A stretch of DNA of 64,000 nt from Microgenomates group bacterium (GTDB taxonomy: Bacteria > Patescibacteriota > Microgenomatia > PFEM01 > JBNASD01), in contig JBNASD010000001.1 of assembly GCA_049720225.1 (NCBI GenBank), positions 396,815 to 460,814 of the forward strand, read 5' to 3'. Each line of letters begins with the position of its first letter. Position 1 is the first letter of the stretch. Below are positions 26,220-35,989 of this stretch, in pieces. The notes below the pieces were generated by a model. That model saw only the letters and a list, made by a program, of their open reading frames with translations. It was not told where the DNA came from and ran no database searches. Made by a program: the position numbers and the translations under genes.

Positions 26220-26673
26220 TTTTTCCTAAAATTATTTCCCCTTTTGCCTTCTTAATCTTCTCCGCCGCTTTTTTAGAACAAGGTAAAGCCACCTTTAAAG
26301 CAACCTTTAACTCTCCATCGCCTAAAATTTTCACCGGATACTTTTCCGCTTCATTTTTTTTGATAATTCCTTTTTTTACTAAACTTTTAATATCCACTGT
26401 TTCCCCTTCTTTAAAAAGGTTAAGATATTTTAAATTAACAACAATTGGTTTTTTTTCTTTTGGCTTCAATTTTCCTTTTCCCCGTTGAAGAGGAAGGCGT
26501 CGCAACAAAGATTTCTTTGTTTTGGTTCCGGCAAAAGTTAAAGAAACTTTTTCTCTTACTTTTTGTCCTTTGTTTCCTCGACCAGTGGTATGACCACCCT
26601 TTCCAGAACCATAACCTCGACCAACGCGTTTTTTTTCTTTGGTTTTAATTTTTGAAAGCTGATTAAGTTGCAT
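26212..26673 (-). CDS. rplO: 50S ribosomal protein L15
   Basis: RVGRGYGSGKGGHTTGRGNKGQK. It directly follows rpsE, with no L30 gene between them. Confidence 0.9.
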   Translation of the reverse strand: MQLNQLSKIKTKEKKRVGRGYGSGKGGHTTGRGNKGQKVREKVSLTFAGTKTKKSLLRRLPLQRGKGKLKPKEKKPIVVNLKYLNLFKEGETVDIKSLVKKGIIKKNEAEKYPVKILGDGELKVALKVALPCSKKAAEKIKKAKGEIILGKNE

Positions 26674-27118
26674 TTTTTACCTCCCTTGGTTTTAACTTTT
26701 TTAACGCCTCAAAAGTGGCATAAATATTAGTTATTTTATTCCGACTTCCTAAAATCTTTCCTACTACATCAGCAATTCCTGCCGACTCTACTACCGCTCT
26801 AATTGATCCTCCCGCAATAATTCCTGTTCCCACAGGAGCTGGTTTTAAAAGAACCTCCGCTGCTCCCTTTTTTGCTTTTACCGCATGAGGAATAGTTCTT
26901 TCCTTAATTGGAACAGTAATAAAATTCTTTTTAGCTTTAGAAATTGCTTTTTTAATCGCACTTCTTACATCCAACGCTTTACCTAAACCAACTCCAACTT
27001 GACCCTTTTTATCACCAACCACCACTAACGCCGAAAAGGAAATTTTATTTCCTCCTTTAGTTTTTTTCGCTACCCTTCTTATTTCAATAATTTTTTCTTG
27101 AAATTCTTTATTTTCCAT
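26663..27118 (-). CDS. rpsE: 30S ribosomal protein S5
   Basis: IIEIRRVAKKTKGGNKISFSALVVVGDKKGQVGVGLGKA. Confidence 0.9.
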   Translation of the reverse strand: MENKEFQEKIIEIRRVAKKTKGGNKISFSALVVVGDKKGQVGVGLGKALDVRSAIKKAISKAKKNFITVPIKERTIPHAVKAKKGAAEVLLKPAPVGTGIIAGGSIRAVVESAGIADVVGKILGSRNKITNIYATFEALKKLKPREVKNAT

Positions 27119-27119
27119 T

Positions 27120-27416
27120 TTAGAAATTTAAACCTCCTTCTCTGGCACCTTCAGCTAAAGCTTTAACTCGGCCATGATATTTATATCTTCGCCGATCAAA
27201 AAATACCTTCTCAATTTTTTTTGCCAATGCCTTTTTTGCCAAAATTTTTCCCACTTCTCTTGCTTTTTGAGTTTTGGTTAGTTTTTTTCCCAATTTTTTT
27301 AAATCTGCCAAATCACTGGCAGCTACCAATGTTTCTCCTTTCTCGTCATCAATAATTTGGGCATAAATATATTTATTAGAACGGTGAACCGCTAAGCGAT
27401 ATCTTTTTTCTTTCAT
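27120..27416 (-). CDS. rplR: 50S ribosomal protein L18
   Basis: [18 protein letters not shown]...[18 protein letters not shown]. Confidence 0.9.
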   Translation of the reverse strand: MKEKRYRLAVHRSNKYIYAQIIDDEKGETLVAASDLADLKKLGKKLTKTQKAREVGKILAKKALAKKIEKVFFDRRRYKYHGRVKALAEGAREGGLNF

Positions 27417-27973
27417 GCGCCTCCTCCTGCCGCACCGGCTTTACCGGCTTTTCCTGGCTTAAGTTTAACTTCTTCGCCCTCATATCTAATTCCTTTTCCT
27501 TTATAAGCATCGGGTGGTTTAATTGCTCTAATCTCGGCTGCTGTTTTTCCTACTAAAGCTTTATCAATTCCCATTACTTTAATGGTATCGTTTTTTTCTG
27601 TTTCAAAATTAATCCCTGGTGGTGGAGTTACTCTCACCGGATGAGAAAAACCTAAAGATAAAACTAAATCTTCCCCCTCTTTAATCACCCGATAACCGGT
27701 ACCAACAATTTTAAGAGTTTTAGTAAATCCTTGAGTTACTCCCTCCACAGCATTAGCGATTAAGCTTCTTATTGTTCCCCACAAACATTGAGCTTGACGA
27801 CTATTTTTAACCTTCTTAACTATTAATTTGTTTTCCTCTTTTTCTACTTTAATTTCTGGCCTGATTTTTATTGGCAATTCTCCTTTCGGTCCTTTCACTA
27901 AAACCTGACCGTTGGTAATTTCCACGGTTACTCCTTCAGGTATTAAGATTGGTTTTCTTCCGATTCGACTCAT
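27413..27973 (-). CDS. rplF: 50S ribosomal protein L6 (start at MSRIGRKPI; the track ORF extends 11 codons upstream to 28006)
   Basis: [19 protein letters not shown]... with a Gly/Ala-rich C-terminal tail. Confidence 0.85.
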   Translation of the reverse strand: MSRIGRKPILIPEGVTVEITNGQVLVKGPKGELPIKIRPEIKVEKEENKLIVKKVKNSRQAQCLWGTIRSLIANAVEGVTQGFTKTLKIVGTGYRVIKEGEDLVLSLGFSHPVRVTPPPGINFETEKNDTIKVMGIDKALVGKTAAEIRAIKPPDAYKGKGIRYEGEEVKLKPGKAGKAGAAGGGA

Positions 27974-27977
27974 TTTT

Positions 27978-28367
27978 TTACCAAATTTGACCAATAATTT
28001 CACCACCTAATTTCCTTTTTCTTGCTTCTTTATGACTCATTATTCCCTTTGAGGTAGAAACTAAAGTAATTCCTAATCCAAACTTAGGTAAAGGAATTTT
28101 ATCTGCCGGTGCATAAATTCTTACCCCAGGCTTAGAAACCCTTTTAACTCCCTCAACCGCTGGTTTTCCATTTTGATATTTTAACTCTAAAACTAATTTT
28201 TTAAATTTATTTTCCTTCACTCGATAACTTTTTAAAAATTTTTCTTTAACTAAAATTTTGGCAATTTCTTCTTTTATTTTAGAATAAGGAATCTCCACTA
28301 ATTCATTTTTGGCTAAGTAGCCATTTTTAATTCTTGTCAACATATCACCAATTGGATCAGAAATCAT
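27978..28367 (-). CDS. rpsH: 30S ribosomal protein S8
   Basis: MISDPIGDMLTRIKNGYLAKNE... Confidence 0.9.
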   Translation of the reverse strand: MISDPIGDMLTRIKNGYLAKNELVEIPYSKIKEEIAKILVKEKFLKSYRVKENKFKKLVLELKYQNGKPAVEGVKRVSKPGVRIYAPADKIPLPKFGLGITLVSTSKGIMSHKEARKRKLGGEIIGQIW

Positions 28368-28380
28368 TTTTTTCTCCTTT

Positions 28381-28569
28381 TTACCAACTAGCTTTTGTAA
28401 CGCCAGGTAATTCCCCTTTATGGGCTAACTTTCGAAAGCATAATCGACAAATTCCAAATAACCGCAAGTATCCTCGCGGTCGACCACACAAAACACAGCG
28501 GTTTTTCTTCCGCGTCGGATATTTCGGTTTTTTCATTAAATCTTTAACAACTGCTGATTTGCTAGCCAT
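28381..28569 (-). CDS. rpsZ: 30S ribosomal protein S14, zinc-binding type Z
   Basis: 62 aa with [22 protein letters not shown]. Confidence 0.9.
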   Translation of the reverse strand: MASKSAVVKDLMKKPKYPTRKKNRCVLCGRPRGYLRLFGICRLCFRKLAHKGELPGVTKASW

Positions 28570-28585
28570 GTTTTTTATTTAATTT

Positions 28586-29074
28586 TTAACTTTTAACTTT
28601 TTCAAAAGGCATTCCCATCTCTTCTAATAGTTTTTTTGCTTCCTCGTCATTTTTAGTATTAGTAACAATATTAATTCCTAACCCTCTTATTTTATCAATT
28701 TTGCTATAATCTATCTCCGGAAAAACAATTTGCTCAGGAATTCCTAAACTATAATTCCCTCGACCATCAAATCCTTTTAAAGATACCCCTTGAAAGTCTT
28801 TTAATCTTGGTAAAACAATATGAAAAAGTTTTTTTAAAAATCCTTCCATTCTTTTTCCTCTTAAAGTAACCTTTAAGCCAATTGGATCACCTTTTTTAAT
28901 TTTAAATCCTGCCTCTGAAGCTTTTGCTCTACAAACTACTGGCTTTTGACCAGTAATTGCCATTAGATCGTTACTTGCCATCTCAATAGCCTTCGGATCA
29001 TGAGCGCCTTCTCCAACGCCCATATTAACAATAACTTTTTCTATTCGATAGTGTTTTAAACTGCTTGCTGGCAT
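28586..29074 (-). CDS. rplE: 50S ribosomal protein L5
   Basis: [18 protein letters not shown]...; located between L24 and S14. Confidence 0.85.
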   Translation of the reverse strand: MPASSLKHYRIEKVIVNMGVGEGAHDPKAIEMASNDLMAITGQKPVVCRAKASEAGFKIKKGDPIGLKVTLRGKRMEGFLKKLFHIVLPRLKDFQGVSLKGFDGRGNYSLGIPEQIVFPEIDYSKIDKIRGLGINIVTNTKNDEEAKKLLEEMGMPFEKVKS

Positions 29075-29370
29075 TTTTTACAAATCCTTTCTTTTCCTTC
29101 TTTGGTTAACAAAAATCCTACTCGGGTTGGTTTTCCACATTTTGGACAAACTAAAGCAACTTTAGAAACTGCCAATGGTTTGGCAATTTCTACAATCCCT
29201 CCTTTTTCTCCTTCTTTTCTTGGCTTAACATGTTTTTTTACAATATTTATTCCTGGAATTAATACTTTTCCCTCTTTGGGAAAAATTTTTTCCACTTTTC
29301 CCTTTCTTCCTTTATCTTTACCAATTAAAACTACTACGGTATCGCCTTTTTTAATCTTTTTAATCCTCAT
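29056..29370 (-). CDS. rplX: 50S ribosomal protein L24 (KOW domain plus C-terminal Cys4 zinc-ribbon variant)
   Basis: [21 protein letters not shown]...; the C-terminus has [11 protein letters not shown]...CKKCQ. Confidence 0.85.
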   Translation of the reverse strand: MRIKKIKKGDTVVVLIGKDKGRKGKVEKIFPKEGKVLIPGINIVKKHVKPRKEGEKGGIVEIAKPLAVSKVALVCPKCGKPTRVGFLLTKEGKERICKKCQQAV

Positions 29371-29735
29371 AAAACCTCCAATGCTAAGGAAGCAATCTTA
29401 TTATAACCTTTATCCTTAACTTCTCGAGCAATCGGGCCAAAAACTCTCGTTCCGCGCGGAGTTCCATCTTTATTAATAATTACTCCCGCATTATCATCAA
29501 AACGAATATAAGAACCATCAGGTCGCCGAAATTCTTTTTTTGTTCTAACAATTAATACTTTTACTTTTTCTTTATCTTTAACCATTCCATTAGGAATCGC
29601 TTTATCAACTACCGCTAAGACAACATCGCCTAAATAAGCAAATTTTCTTTTGCTTCCTCCATAAATATGAATGACGCGTAATCTTTTAGCACCAGTATTA
29701 TCTGCTGGTGTCAAAATCGTTCTTAATTGAATCAT
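29367..29735 (-). CDS. rplN: 50S ribosomal protein L14
   Basis: [28 protein letters not shown]... Confidence 0.9.
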   Translation of the reverse strand: MIQLRTILTPADNTGAKRLRVIHIYGGSKRKFAYLGDVVLAVVDKAIPNGMVKDKEKVKVLIVRTKKEFRRPDGSYIRFDDNAGVIINKDGTPRGTRVFGPIAREVKDKGYNKIASLALEVL

Positions 29736-29962
29736 CTTTTAACCACCTCCACGATTTTCCATTTTTTGGTTTTGCTAATTGGCCGACATTCCACAAATTT
29801 TACCCAATCACCTTCTTTTACGCCAATTTCATCATGAACGTGATATTTTTTGCTTCTTTTAATTCTTTTTTTGTACAAAGGATGCACTTTAAAAGACTCC
29901 ACTACGACCGTGGCGGTTTTAGCCATTTTCGTACCAATAACTTTTCCCTCAAATGTTTTCAT
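29732..29962 (-). CDS. rpsQ: 30S ribosomal protein S17
   Basis: [40 protein letters not shown]. Confidence 0.9.
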   Translation of the reverse strand: MKTFEGKVIGTKMAKTATVVVESFKVHPLYKKRIKRSKKYHVHDEIGVKEGDWVKFVECRPISKTKKWKIVEVVKR

Positions 29963-30161
29963 TGGCTAACTCCTTTTCTCTTAAAATTGTTTTTAACTGG
30001 GCTAACTCATCAGCTACCTTTTGGGGCAGATGAACATCCTTTAATTTACCGGTAGCTTTTTCCAGTCGTAATTTTACTAATTTTTCTTGAGTTTTTCTAA
30101 TCAATTCCAAAAGTTCTTTTTTGGTTTTGGTTCTAATTTCTTGTAATTCTTTCTTTTTCAT
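29949..30161 (-). CDS. rpmC: 50S ribosomal protein L29
   Basis: [36 protein letters not shown]. Confidence 0.85.
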   Translation of the reverse strand: MKKKELQEIRTKTKKELLELIRKTQEKLVKLRLEKATGKLKDVHLPQKVADELAQLKTILREKELANENI

Positions 30162-30571
30162 TCTTCCTCCCGAGAAACAAATTTTGTTTTAAAAGGTAAT
30201 TTAAAACCAGCTCTGGTTAAAGCTTCTTTAGCTATTTCTTTGGAAACTCCCGAAAGCTCAAAAAGAATCCGTCCCGGTTTTACCACCGCCACCCAACCAA
30301 CAACATCTCCTTTTCCTCCTCCCATTCCCACTCCTAAACCCTTGCTCGTAATTGGTTTGTCAGGAAAAATCCTAATCCAAACTTTACCCCCTCTTTTAGT
30401 ATAGTGAGTAATCGCCACCCTGGCTGCCTCTATTTGCTTTGCATGAAGCCAACCCCCCTCTAAGCTTTTCAATCCATACTCCCCAAACGCCAAGGTTGTC
30501 CCTCGACTTTCTTTTCCTTTTACTCTTCCGCGAAATTGCTTTCGGTATTTTGTTTTTTTTGGTTGCAACAT
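30158..30571 (-). CDS. rplP: 50S ribosomal protein L16
   Basis: [19 protein letters not shown]... Confidence 0.9.
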   Translation of the reverse strand: MLQPKKTKYRKQFRGRVKGKESRGTTLAFGEYGLKSLEGGWLHAKQIEAARVAITHYTKRGGKVWIRIFPDKPITSKGLGVGMGGGKGDVVGWVAVVKPGRILFELSGVSKEIAKEALTRAGFKLPFKTKFVSREEE

Positions 30572-30572
30572 T

Positions 30573-31232
30573 TTATTCTTTTTCTCCTTTATAAATCCAA
30601 ACTTTAACTCCTACATAACCAGAACGAGTCAACGCTGGTACTTCGGCATAATCAATATCTGCCCTTAAAGTTGAAGCAGGAATATTAGCACTTTTTCCTT
30701 GATCTCCAAAAATCTCATGACGAGCAATTTCGATTCCAGCAATTCTTCCTGATAAAACTATCTTCACTCCTTTTGCCCCTGCGGATTTAACCCTTTCAAT
30801 TGCTTTTTCGACCACCATCCGGTAGGGAACTCTTTTTACTAATTGCTCTGCAATTCGTTGAGCAACTAACAACGCTGATAAATCAGGATTTTTTACCTCA
30901 ACGATTTCTTCTAATTCTAAATTTTTTTCCGGATCAGGAACAGAAACAATTTTGCAAAGTTCTTGTTTTAAAAGCTCTAATCCCTTTCCCCCTCTTCCAA
31001 TTACCATTCCCGGTCGACTAACATATAAAGTAATTTTAATTTTGTTAAAAAATCGATCAATTTGAACTCTTACTAAGCCAGCTAGTTTTAATTTTTCTTC
31101 TAAAAATCGCCGAATTTTGTAATCTTCCAAAAGATATTTTTTATAAGTTTCCTCATCCGGCGCAAACCAACGAGAGCGCCAATCTTTATCTAAAGGCAAA
31201 CGAAATCCTAATGGATTAACTTTGTGTCCCAT
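30573..31232 (-). CDS. rpsC: 30S ribosomal protein S3
   Basis: [12 protein letters not shown]...; KH domain. Confidence 0.9.
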   Translation of the reverse strand: MGHKVNPLGFRLPLDKDWRSRWFAPDEETYKKYLLEDYKIRRFLEEKLKLAGLVRVQIDRFFNKIKITLYVSRPGMVIGRGGKGLELLKQELCKIVSVPDPEKNLELEEIVEVKNPDLSALLVAQRIAEQLVKRVPYRMVVEKAIERVKSAGAKGVKIVLSGRIAGIEIARHEIFGDQGKSANIPASTLRADIDYAEVPALTRSGYVGVKVWIYKGEKE

Positions 31233-31626
31233 TTTTTTCTCCTTTCTTGGATTTTTCTTTTACTTTTTTATTTTTCTTTTCTTCTGTCTTTTTTTCTTCT
31301 CCTTCTAAATAAATAGTTAAATGACTAGTTCTTTTTAAAATTGGGTGCCATCGACCACGAGAAACCGGTCTTCCTCTTTTAAGAATTGGTCCCTTGTTTA
31401 CTTCAATTTTTTTAATTGTCAATGATTCCTTTTCTAAATGATAATTATTAACCGCATTGGCAATTCCCTGTTTTAAAGTTTTTTCCAAAAATACTGCTCC
31501 TTTTTTTTCTAAGTTTTTTAAAACGGTTAAAGCATAACTTGCCTTTAACCCTTTTATCGCTTGGGCGACTAAATTAAGTTTTCTTGGGCTAATTCTTAAA
31601 AATTTTGATTTGGCAATTACTTCCAT
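31216..31626 (-). CDS. rplV: 50S ribosomal protein L22 (Lys-rich C-terminal tail)
   Basis: AKSKFLRISPRKLNLVAQAIKG... Confidence 0.85.
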   Translation of the reverse strand: MEVIAKSKFLRISPRKLNLVAQAIKGLKASYALTVLKNLEKKGAVFLEKTLKQGIANAVNNYHLEKESLTIKKIEVNKGPILKRGRPVSRGRWHPILKRTSHLTIYLEGEEKKTEEKKNKKVKEKSKKGEKNGTQS

Positions 31627-31633
31627 AATCGTT

Positions 31634-31918
31634 TTAAGTTTTACTAATAATTCTTTTAACTACTTTTCCATGACCACGGAAAGTTCTTGTTAGGGCAAAT
31701 TCTCCCAAACGATGACCAACCATTGCTTCGGTAACAAAAACCGTCACAAAATTTTTTCCATTATGAACTTCAAAAGTATGACCAACAAATTCTGGCGGGA
31801 TTTGGCTTGCCCGTGCCCAAGTTCTAATAGGTTTCTTTTCGCCAGTTTCTTTCTGTTTTAAAACTTTTTTTAATAATTTTGGATCAACCCAAGGTCCTTT
31901 TTTAAGACTTCTTCCCAT
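31634..31918 (-). CDS. rpsS: 30S ribosomal protein S19
   Basis: [19 protein letters not shown]... Confidence 0.9.
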   Translation of the reverse strand: MGRSLKKGPWVDPKLLKKVLKQKETGEKKPIRTWARASQIPPEFVGHTFEVHNGKNFVTVFVTEAMVGHRLGEFALTRTFRGHGKVVKRIISKT

Positions 31919-31920
31919 TT

Positions 31921-32664
31921 TTACTTCCTCCTTTTAATAATTAATTTATCAGAATATTTTCCTTTTTTTCTTGTTTTTACTCCTAATGCTTTCTTTCCCC
32001 ATGGCGTTTTGGGAGAAGACATTCCAATTCCCGATCTTCCTTCTCCACCACCGTGAGGATGAGAATCAGGGTGTTGAGCTACACCCCTTACTGTCGGCCT
32101 TATTCCCATATGCCTTTTTCTTCCTGCTTTTCCTAAAATTACATTTTTCCAATCAACGTTACTTACCTGCCCAATAGTTGCAAAACATTCTAAAGGAACT
32201 CTTCTTATCTCCCGTGACGGTAACCGCAAAATCGCATATTCTTCTTCTTTTCCCTGAAGTAAAGCTCCTCCACCTGCTCCTCTAACTAACTGTCCTCCTT
32301 TACCTCTAGTCAATTCGATATTATGGACAATCGTCCCTACCGGAATATTTTTTAAAGGTAAAGCATTGCCTATTTTAATCTCGACCTTTTCTCCAGAAAT
32401 TACTTCATCACCAACTTTTAATCCCTCTGGGGCTAAAATATATCTTTTTTCTCCATCTTTATAACTTAACAAAGCAATATTAGCAGTTCGGTTAGGATCA
32501 TACTCAATTGCCTCTACTTTGGCAGGAATATCATATTTATCACGCTTAAAATCAATTTCTCGTAAAAATCTTTTTTCTCCGCCACCCCGATGGCGAACAG
32601 TCACTCGACCGGTATTATTTCGCCCGGCTTTACTTTTTTTTGGTTTTAAAAGTTTTTTAATCAT
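31921..32664 (-). CDS. rplB: 50S ribosomal protein L2 (short, 247 aa)
   Basis: ...[19 protein letters not shown]...[10 protein letters not shown]... Confidence 0.9.
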   Translation of the reverse strand: MIKKLLKPKKSKAGRNNTGRVTVRHRGGGEKRFLREIDFKRDKYDIPAKVEAIEYDPNRTANIALLSYKDGEKRYILAPEGLKVGDEVISGEKVEIKIGNALPLKNIPVGTIVHNIELTRGKGGQLVRGAGGGALLQGKEEEYAILRLPSREIRRVPLECFATIGQVSNVDWKNVILGKAGRKRHMGIRPTVRGVAQHPDSHPHGGGEGRSGIGMSSPKTPWGKKALGVKTRKKGKYSDKLIIKRRK

Positions 32665-32969
32665 TTCTTCTCTTTTACCTCACTTTCCGGAAAAATATCA
32701 ATTTTATCTCCTTCTTTTAACTGGACAATTGCTTTTTTCCAATCACCTAATTTAATTTCTTTCCATCGTCGTAAAAGCCGTTTCTTTTTTCCTTTAACAT
32801 TTAAAATATTAACTTTAACTACCTTAACATTAAAAAATTTCTCTATTGCTTCTTTAATCTGATTTTTAGTCGCCCTTTTGGCTACCTGAAAGCAATATTT
32901 ATTTTCATTTTGTGCCAAAAAGGCCTTTTCTGTAATAATCGGTTTAATAATTACATCCTTAAGATCCAT
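32661..32969 (-). CDS. rplW: 50S ribosomal protein L23
   Basis: [23 protein letters not shown]... Confidence 0.85.
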   Translation of the reverse strand: MDLKDVIIKPIITEKAFLAQNENKYCFQVAKRATKNQIKEAIEKFFNVKVVKVNILNVKGKKKRLLRRWKEIKLGDWKKAIVQLKEGDKIDIFPESEVKEKK

Positions 32970-33627
32970 TTTTCTTTAAAAATACCTCCTTTAACTTTTC
33001 AACGCTTTCTGGCAAAAAAACTAAATAACGGTGACTTAAAACTTGATAAGTATTTAGATTTTCCGCTAATAAAATGTCCATATTTTCTATATTCCGCGCA
33101 GAGAGAATAATATTTTCTAAAATTTGAGGTAAAACTAAAAGGGTTTTGGGTGAAGATTTAGGGGTAAAAATTTTTAAATTTTTCAAAATTTCCCACATTT
33201 CTTTGGTTTTAGGTTTAATTTTTTCTACTCCCTTTACGACTAAAATTTCTTTGTCTTTAAGCTTTAAAGTTAAAGCTGAAAATAAAGCTTTTCGCCGCAT
33301 TTTTTTCGGCATTTCTAATTTATAATTTTCCTCTCCTGTTGGCCCATGAGCAACCCCACCGCCCACAAAAATTGGCGCCGAACGAGAACCATGGCGCGCC
33401 CTCCCGGTCCCTTTTTGCCGATACCATTTGGATTTTGTTCTATTAACTTCACTGCGAGTCTTTACTTTTGCTCCCGCTTTTCTTTGATTGGCTAGATAAA
33501 CTCTCACTGCCTGGGCAATTAATTCTGGCTTTGGATCTTTAATCCCAAAAATTTCTTTCGGCAATTCAAACTTACCCACAATATTTCCTTTGGTATCAAA
33601 TAAATCTACTTTAGGCATATTTTTCAA
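32959..33627 (-). CDS. rplD: 50S ribosomal protein L4
   Basis: ...[26 protein letters not shown]... Confidence 0.9.
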   Translation of the reverse strand: MKNMPKVDLFDTKGNIVGKFELPKEIFGIKDPKPELIAQAVRVYLANQRKAGAKVKTRSEVNRTKSKWYRQKGTGRARHGSRSAPIFVGGGVAHGPTGEENYKLEMPKKMRRKALFSALTLKLKDKEILVVKGVEKIKPKTKEMWEILKNLKIFTPKSSPKTLLVLPQILENIILSARNIENMDILLAENLNTYQVLSHRYLVFLPESVEKLKEVFLKKNGS

Positions 33628-34231
33628 TTAATAAAAATCCCCGGCGTGGACCAGGGACTAAACCTTTAACTTCTAACATTCCTTCTTTTACGTCAAAAAT
33701 AGAAAGTCCTTTAATGGTTACCTGATCTCCTCCCATTCTTCCGGCCATTTTTTTTCCTTTATAAACTCTTCCGGGAGTAGTCGTTTGTCCAATGGAACCC
33801 GGCGCTCTTTCGCGATCTGATTGTCCATGAGTCCGTGGTCCGCCCGCAAATCCCCATCGCTTAACCACTCCGGCAAAACCTTTTCCTTTTGATTTGCCGG
33901 TTACTTTAACTTTATCTCCCTTTTTAAAAATTTCTTCTGCTTTTATTTCCTGACCAACTTTAAATTTTGTTGGATCCTCTACCTTAATCTCTCTCAAAAA
34001 TAAAGGTGGTTTTTCTAATCCTGCTTTTTTAGCATGACCAATAAGAGGTTTATTTGCTTTTTTCTTTTCACCAAAACCCAATTGAATAGCATTATAACCA
34101 TCTTTTTCCTTTGTTTTAATTTGCACCACCCAACAAGGACCGGTTTTAATGATTGTTACCGGAATTCGTTTTCCTTCTTTGGTAAATCTTTGAGTTTGCT
34201 CAATTTTTTGTCCTAAAATTGCGTTTAACAT
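33611..34231 (-). CDS. rplC: 50S ribosomal protein L3 (ATG at 34231; the track ORF starts 2 codons upstream at TTG)
   Basis: MLNAILGQKIEQTQRFTKEG...FAGVVKRWGFAGGPRTHGQS. Confidence 0.9.
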   Translation of the reverse strand: MLNAILGQKIEQTQRFTKEGKRIPVTIIKTGPCWVVQIKTKEKDGYNAIQLGFGEKKKANKPLIGHAKKAGLEKPPLFLREIKVEDPTKFKVGQEIKAEEIFKKGDKVKVTGKSKGKGFAGVVKRWGFAGGPRTHGQSDRERAPGSIGQTTTPGRVYKGKKMAGRMGGDQVTIKGLSIFDVKEGMLEVKGLVPGPRRGFLLIEKYA

Positions 34232-34242
34232 TCTCAAAACAT

Positions 34243-34270
34243 AAAAAAAGTGCCGGAGGCACTTTTTTAA
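34243..34270 (-). terminator. Intrinsic-terminator-like hairpin + U-tract between rpsJ and rplC (candidate attenuator; bidirectional symmetry)
   Basis: Minus-strand RNA ...uuaaaaaagugcc-ucc-ggcacuuuuuuuaug: a 7-bp GC-rich stem and U7, ending ~10 nt before the rplC ATG, which has no SD. Confidence 0.45.
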
Positions 34271-34323
34271 AAATTTTATTTTTAAATTAAATCTTTATTT
34301 AAAAGATTTTCACCTCCATTTTA

Positions 34324-34353
34324 AAGATAGCAAATTATACAATAAAAAAAGAA
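34324..34353 (-). promoter_or_regulatory. Candidate internal sigma70-like promoter in the rpsJ-rplC spacer
   Basis: Minus-strand TTGAAA-(18 nt)-TATAAT (ttgaaaacccttctttttttattgtataat), followed by a GGAGGUG-containing leader and then the terminator hairpin. Confidence 0.35.
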
Positions 34354-34371
34354 GGGTTTTCAACTGGAATT

Positions 34372-34683
34372 TTAATACTTAATTTCAATACTTACTCCTG
34401 CAGGAAGCTCTAAATGGGATAAAGAATCAATAGTTTTAGGAGTAGGATCAATAATATCAATTAACCGCTTATGAATTAAAATCTGAAAATGTTCTCGCGC
34501 GTCTTTATCAGTGTGGGGAGAGGTAGTTACCGTAATTAATTTTCTTTTAGTTGGTAGGGGAACTGGTCCCACTACCTTAGCGCCAGACGCAATTACTGTC
34601 TGTAAAATTTTTTCGCAACTCTCATCGATTACTCGATGATCGTAAGCTTTTAAACGAACACGAATTCTGCCTTTTTTAGCCAT
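34372..34683 (-). CDS. rpsJ: 30S ribosomal protein S10
   Basis: [26 protein letters not shown]... Confidence 0.9.
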   Translation of the reverse strand: MAKKGRIRVRLKAYDHRVIDESCEKILQTVIASGAKVVGPVPLPTKRKLITVTTSPHTDKDAREHFQILIHKRLIDIIDPTPKTIDSLSHLELPAGVSIEIKY

Positions 34684-34688
34684 AATTT

Positions 34689-35876
34689 TTAGGCAATAAT
34701 TTTAGAAATGACACCTGCTCCTACCGTATGACCACCTTCTCGGATAGCAAAACGCAATCCTTCCTCTAATGCTACCGGTTGAATTAGTTTTACCGTCATT
34801 TTGGTATTATCTCCCGGCATTACCATCTCTACACCTTGCGGTAAAACTACCTCACCAGTAACATCGGTGGTTCGGATATAGAATTGAGGTCGGTAACCGG
34901 TAAAGAAGGGTGTATGTCGACCTCCCTCTTCTTTAGACAAAACATAAACTTCTGCCTCAAATTCTTTATGAGGAGTAATCGTTCCTGGTTTTGCCAAAAC
35001 TTGACCCCTTTCTACTTGATCTTTCTCAATTCCTCGAAGCAATACTCCAATATTATCTCCCGCTTGTCCTTGATCTAAGGTTTTTCTAAACATTTCAATT
35101 CCCGTTACCACTGTTTTTTGTGTCTCTCGTAAACCAACAATTTCTACTTCATCATTAAGTTTTACTACCCCTCTTTCCACTCTTCCTGTCACCACTGTTC
35201 CTCGTCCTTTAATAGAAAAGACATCCTCAATCGGCATTAAGAATGGTTGATCAAGCGGTCTTACTGGTTCGGGAATGTATTCATCAACCGCTTTCATTAA
35301 ATCTTCGATTGCTTTTACCGCTTCTGGATCGCCTTCTAAAGCTTTTAAAGCAGAACCGCGAATTACCGGCACTTCATCACCGGGAAATTTATATTTATTT
35401 AAAAGTTCCCTTACCTCCATTTCCACTAAATCTAAAAGTTCTTTATCCTTAACTACATCTACTTTATTTAAGAAAACAACAATTGCCGGCACGTTTACCT
35501 GCCGAGCCAACAAAACATGTTCTCGAGTTTGAGGCATTGGTCCATCATCAGCAGCCACTACTAAAATTGCCCCATCCATTTGGGCTGCTCCGGTAATCAT
35601 GTTTTTAATAAAGTCTTTATGTCCTGGACAGTCAATATGAGCGTAATGGCGTTTTTCGGTTTCGTACTCAACGTGAGAGATAGAAATTGTCATTCCTCGA
35701 GCTTTTTCTTCCGGTGCATTATCAATTTGCTCATAAGCTAAATAATTTGCCATTCCCTTTTGGGACAAAACTTTAGTAATTGCTGAAGTTAAAGTTGTTT
35801 TTCCATGGTCTACATGACCAATAGTACCAATATTAACATGGGGTTTAACTCTTTCAAATTTTGCTTTATCTGCCAT
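34689..35876 (-). CDS. tuf: Elongation factor Tu
   Basis: ...[21 protein letters not shown]... Confidence 0.95.
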   Translation of the reverse strand: MADKAKFERVKPHVNIGTIGHVDHGKTTLTSAITKVLSQKGMANYLAYEQIDNAPEEKARGMTISISHVEYETEKRHYAHIDCPGHKDFIKNMITGAAQMDGAILVVAADDGPMPQTREHVLLARQVNVPAIVVFLNKVDVVKDKELLDLVEMEVRELLNKYKFPGDEVPVIRGSALKALEGDPEAVKAIEDLMKAVDEYIPEPVRPLDQPFLMPIEDVFSIKGRGTVVTGRVERGVVKLNDEVEIVGLRETQKTVVTGIEMFRKTLDQGQAGDNIGVLLRGIEKDQVERGQVLAKPGTITPHKEFEAEVYVLSKEEGGRHTPFFTGYRPQFYIRTTDVTGEVVLPQGVEMVMPGDNTKMTVKLIQPVALEEGLRFAIREGGHTVGAGVISKIIA

Positions 35877-35914
35877 CTTTACCTCCTTTTAAAAACTTAA
35901 TTTAAACTTTAAAT

Positions 35915-35943
35915 ATTCTAATATAGTAAAAAAATTTTTTCAA
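35915..35943 (-). promoter_or_regulatory. Candidate internal promoter for tuf in the fusA-tuf spacer
   Basis: Minus-strand TTGAAA-(17 nt)-TAGAAT, followed by aaggaggt 8 nt before the tuf ATG. Confidence 0.4.
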
Positions 35944-35989
35944 GTAGTAATTTTAGCAATTTTAAAAGAAATTTCAACTCTTAATTTTT

